A DNA stretch of 64,000 bases from Balanoglossus misakiensis (taxonomy: Eukaryota > Animalia > Hemichordata): the NCBI GenBank assembly GCA_040954595.2, contig CM082589.2, positions 11,792,894 through 11,856,893 of the forward strand. Direction: 5' to 3'. Under the pieces are notes generated by a model. That model worked only from the letters and a program-made list of their open reading frames with translations, was not told where the DNA came from and did no database searches. The translations under genes and the position numbers were made by a program. This document shows, piece by piece, positions 62,201-64,000 of this stretch; the first letter of the stretch is position 1, and every line of letters begins with the position of its first letter.

Positions 62201-64000
62201 CCAGCCGAGTCACGCCGTAGAAAATCTGACTTGATCAACGTGGTCAATGTACGCCTGTTTCTGCTCTAGAGTGCCGGGGCTTCAGCTGAGCCAGGCCGTA
62301 GGAAACCCGACGTGATTACCGTTGTTAACTTACGCCAGTCTGTGTCCTATATATAGTGCCGGGGCATCAGCCGTGCCAGGCCGAAGGAAATGTGAGTAGA
62401 TCAACGTGGTCTCTGTACGCGTGTTTCTGCTCTAGAGTGCCAGGGCTTTAGCCAAGCCATGCCGTAGGAAATCTGACTTGATCAACGTTGCTAACGAACG
62501 CTAGTGTCTGTCATAGTGTGCCGGGGTTTTAGTCGAGCCAAGCCGTAGGAGATCAGACTTGATCAACGTGGTCTCTGTACGCGTGTTTCTGCTCTAGAGT
62601 GCCGGGGCTTTATCCAAGCCATGCCGTAGAAAATCTGACTTGATCACCGTTGCTAACGTACGCTAGTGTCTGTCATATTGTGACGGAGATTTAGCCGAGC
62701 CAGGCCATAGAAAAATCGACTTGTTCAACGTTACCAGTGTGCAACTGTTTCTGCTCTAGAGTGTCAGGGTTTTAGCCGACTTATGCTGTAGGAAATCTGA
62801 GTTGATGAACGGGAATTCAATGTTAGAAAACCCGTGTGGAAAGTATCTCTACCCGTTTGAAACTAAGAAAAGAATTTATTCTTATTTATTTTGTAAAAAA
62901 GACAATTTTTCGAAAAAAAAGTCGAAAATGGTAATTTTGTCTTGGGTGATTCAAATTATACCGCCTTTTCAGGAATTTGCAGCACTTTTTACAAGAGAAC
63001 GACACTTCATGCTCCATAATATTTCCGAAAATGAAGAAAAGAGTTAATTTTTTATGATTTTTTAAAAATTTACCATTTGTGTCAAAATATGGCCAAAATG
63101 GCTATTTTTTCTTGAATTCCGTCAATATCTCTGCATTTTTGGAGTGGTCGAAAGTTTTAACATACAATCAACATGTCATATATGATCAGGGCACCAAATT
63201 CGAAGAACAAAGGTTTTTTTTATTTTTCTTCTAAAAATGACATTTTCAAGAAAAATTTGGTAAAACGCAATTTTGTCTGAAGTGAGCCAAATTAGACGGT
63301 CTTTTGTGGAATTTGTATCGATATATATATACGAAGAGCATTCTATACTCCATCAGATTTCCGAAAATGTAGAAAACAGGTATTTTTTGTAATTTTCAAA
63401 AATTTACCATTTTGACCAAATTGTGGCTAAAATTGTTATTTTCGTGTTAAATGCCGCCAGTGTCACTGCTTTTAAAAGTCATAAAAACTTTTAACATACA
63501 AGCAATTGTTTATATATGATCAGGTCACCGAATTAAAAAAATAAAGAATGTTTTGCCTAAAAATGACCTTTTTGGTGCAAAAAAGATTAAAACGCAATTT
63601 TGTATTAAATCAGAATGCATTTTTTATAATCAGCACCATTTTTACATATAATGGAAATTTCATACATCATCAGATATCCAAATATGAAAAAATGATTTAG
63701 ATTTTAGATGATTGTCCAAAATTAGCTGATATCTAATAAATGTAGTATTGAACCGTTCTGTTCCCCCCCCCCCTACATTATATGCGGTACGCCGATGTCA
63801 GCTTACCCGGCAGTACTGCAGGCCGTGCCCCCAACTAACGTCGGTGTTTGAAACGCCCTGGTTAAATTTGGGCTTTCTCTAGAAATTGACAGGCAATAAT
63901 GCAGTCCTACCCGAACAAATGTCAAGTGTTGAACCGCTGTGACTTTCCCTCTTCTGTTTGCCGGACTTAGCCAACGTCTTTAGCTTCAGCTAAACCAGGC
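59220..64000 (+). repeat. ~2-kb macrosatellite segment (interrupted by a Helentron-type element at 59357-60835)
   Basis: The unit resumes at ACCAGTGTGCAACT after the LTR, with poly-C landmarks at ~61720 and ~63765. Confidence 0.95.
59357..60835 (+). mobile_element. Non-autonomous Helentron-type element, second family
   Basis: It is inserted in the satellite at TTTATT|CTTATT with no clear TSD. The 5' end has the palindrome AGGGCCCAAGCGC..GCGCTTGGGCCCT and a (TTTC)n tract. The 3' end has the subterminal GCGCTTGGGCCC plus hairpin GCTGCTTGCAGC. Internal tandem cores are ~155 bp (59750-60050) and ~235 bp (60300-60690). Confidence 0.8.

Noticed and set aside
1-64000. rDNA, 5S, histone, snRNA or SL-RNA tandem gene cluster as the explanation for the 2-kb repeat
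   Set aside because: No recognisable rRNA, tRNA, histone or snRNA sequence was found in the unit by eye. An Rfam scan would be needed to exclude this fully.

Overview
This is eukaryotic repetitive DNA, probably from a marine invertebrate, though the species cannot be determined from the sequence. The backbone is a head-to-tail ~1.7-2.2 kb macrosatellite with about 17 units. Each unit has an AT-rich block of ~2.5 diverged ~330-bp repeats, a poly-C tract, a ~200-bp unique segment and a variable-copy array of alternating 81-bp A/B subrepeats. One unit (7742-13790) carries a 9-exon gene in place of its central ~375 bp. The gene encodes a Chapaev/RAG1-related DDE transposase (Chapa/CND zinc domain, RING, C2H2-like finger, D-D-E core with CxxC/HxxxxH zinc ligands) and is now disabled by a frameshift and two stops. 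It has no TIR/TSD pair of its own, and its flanks grade into the satellite, which suggests the satellite derives from this transposon's arms. The array also holds two copies of one BEL/Pao LTR element at the identical satellite position (one with a nested LINE fragment), a second BEL/Pao family with a nested TIR element that contains a Kolobok-like MITE, and two non-autonomous Helentron-type elements. No intact host gene, RNA gene or CRISPR array is supported.
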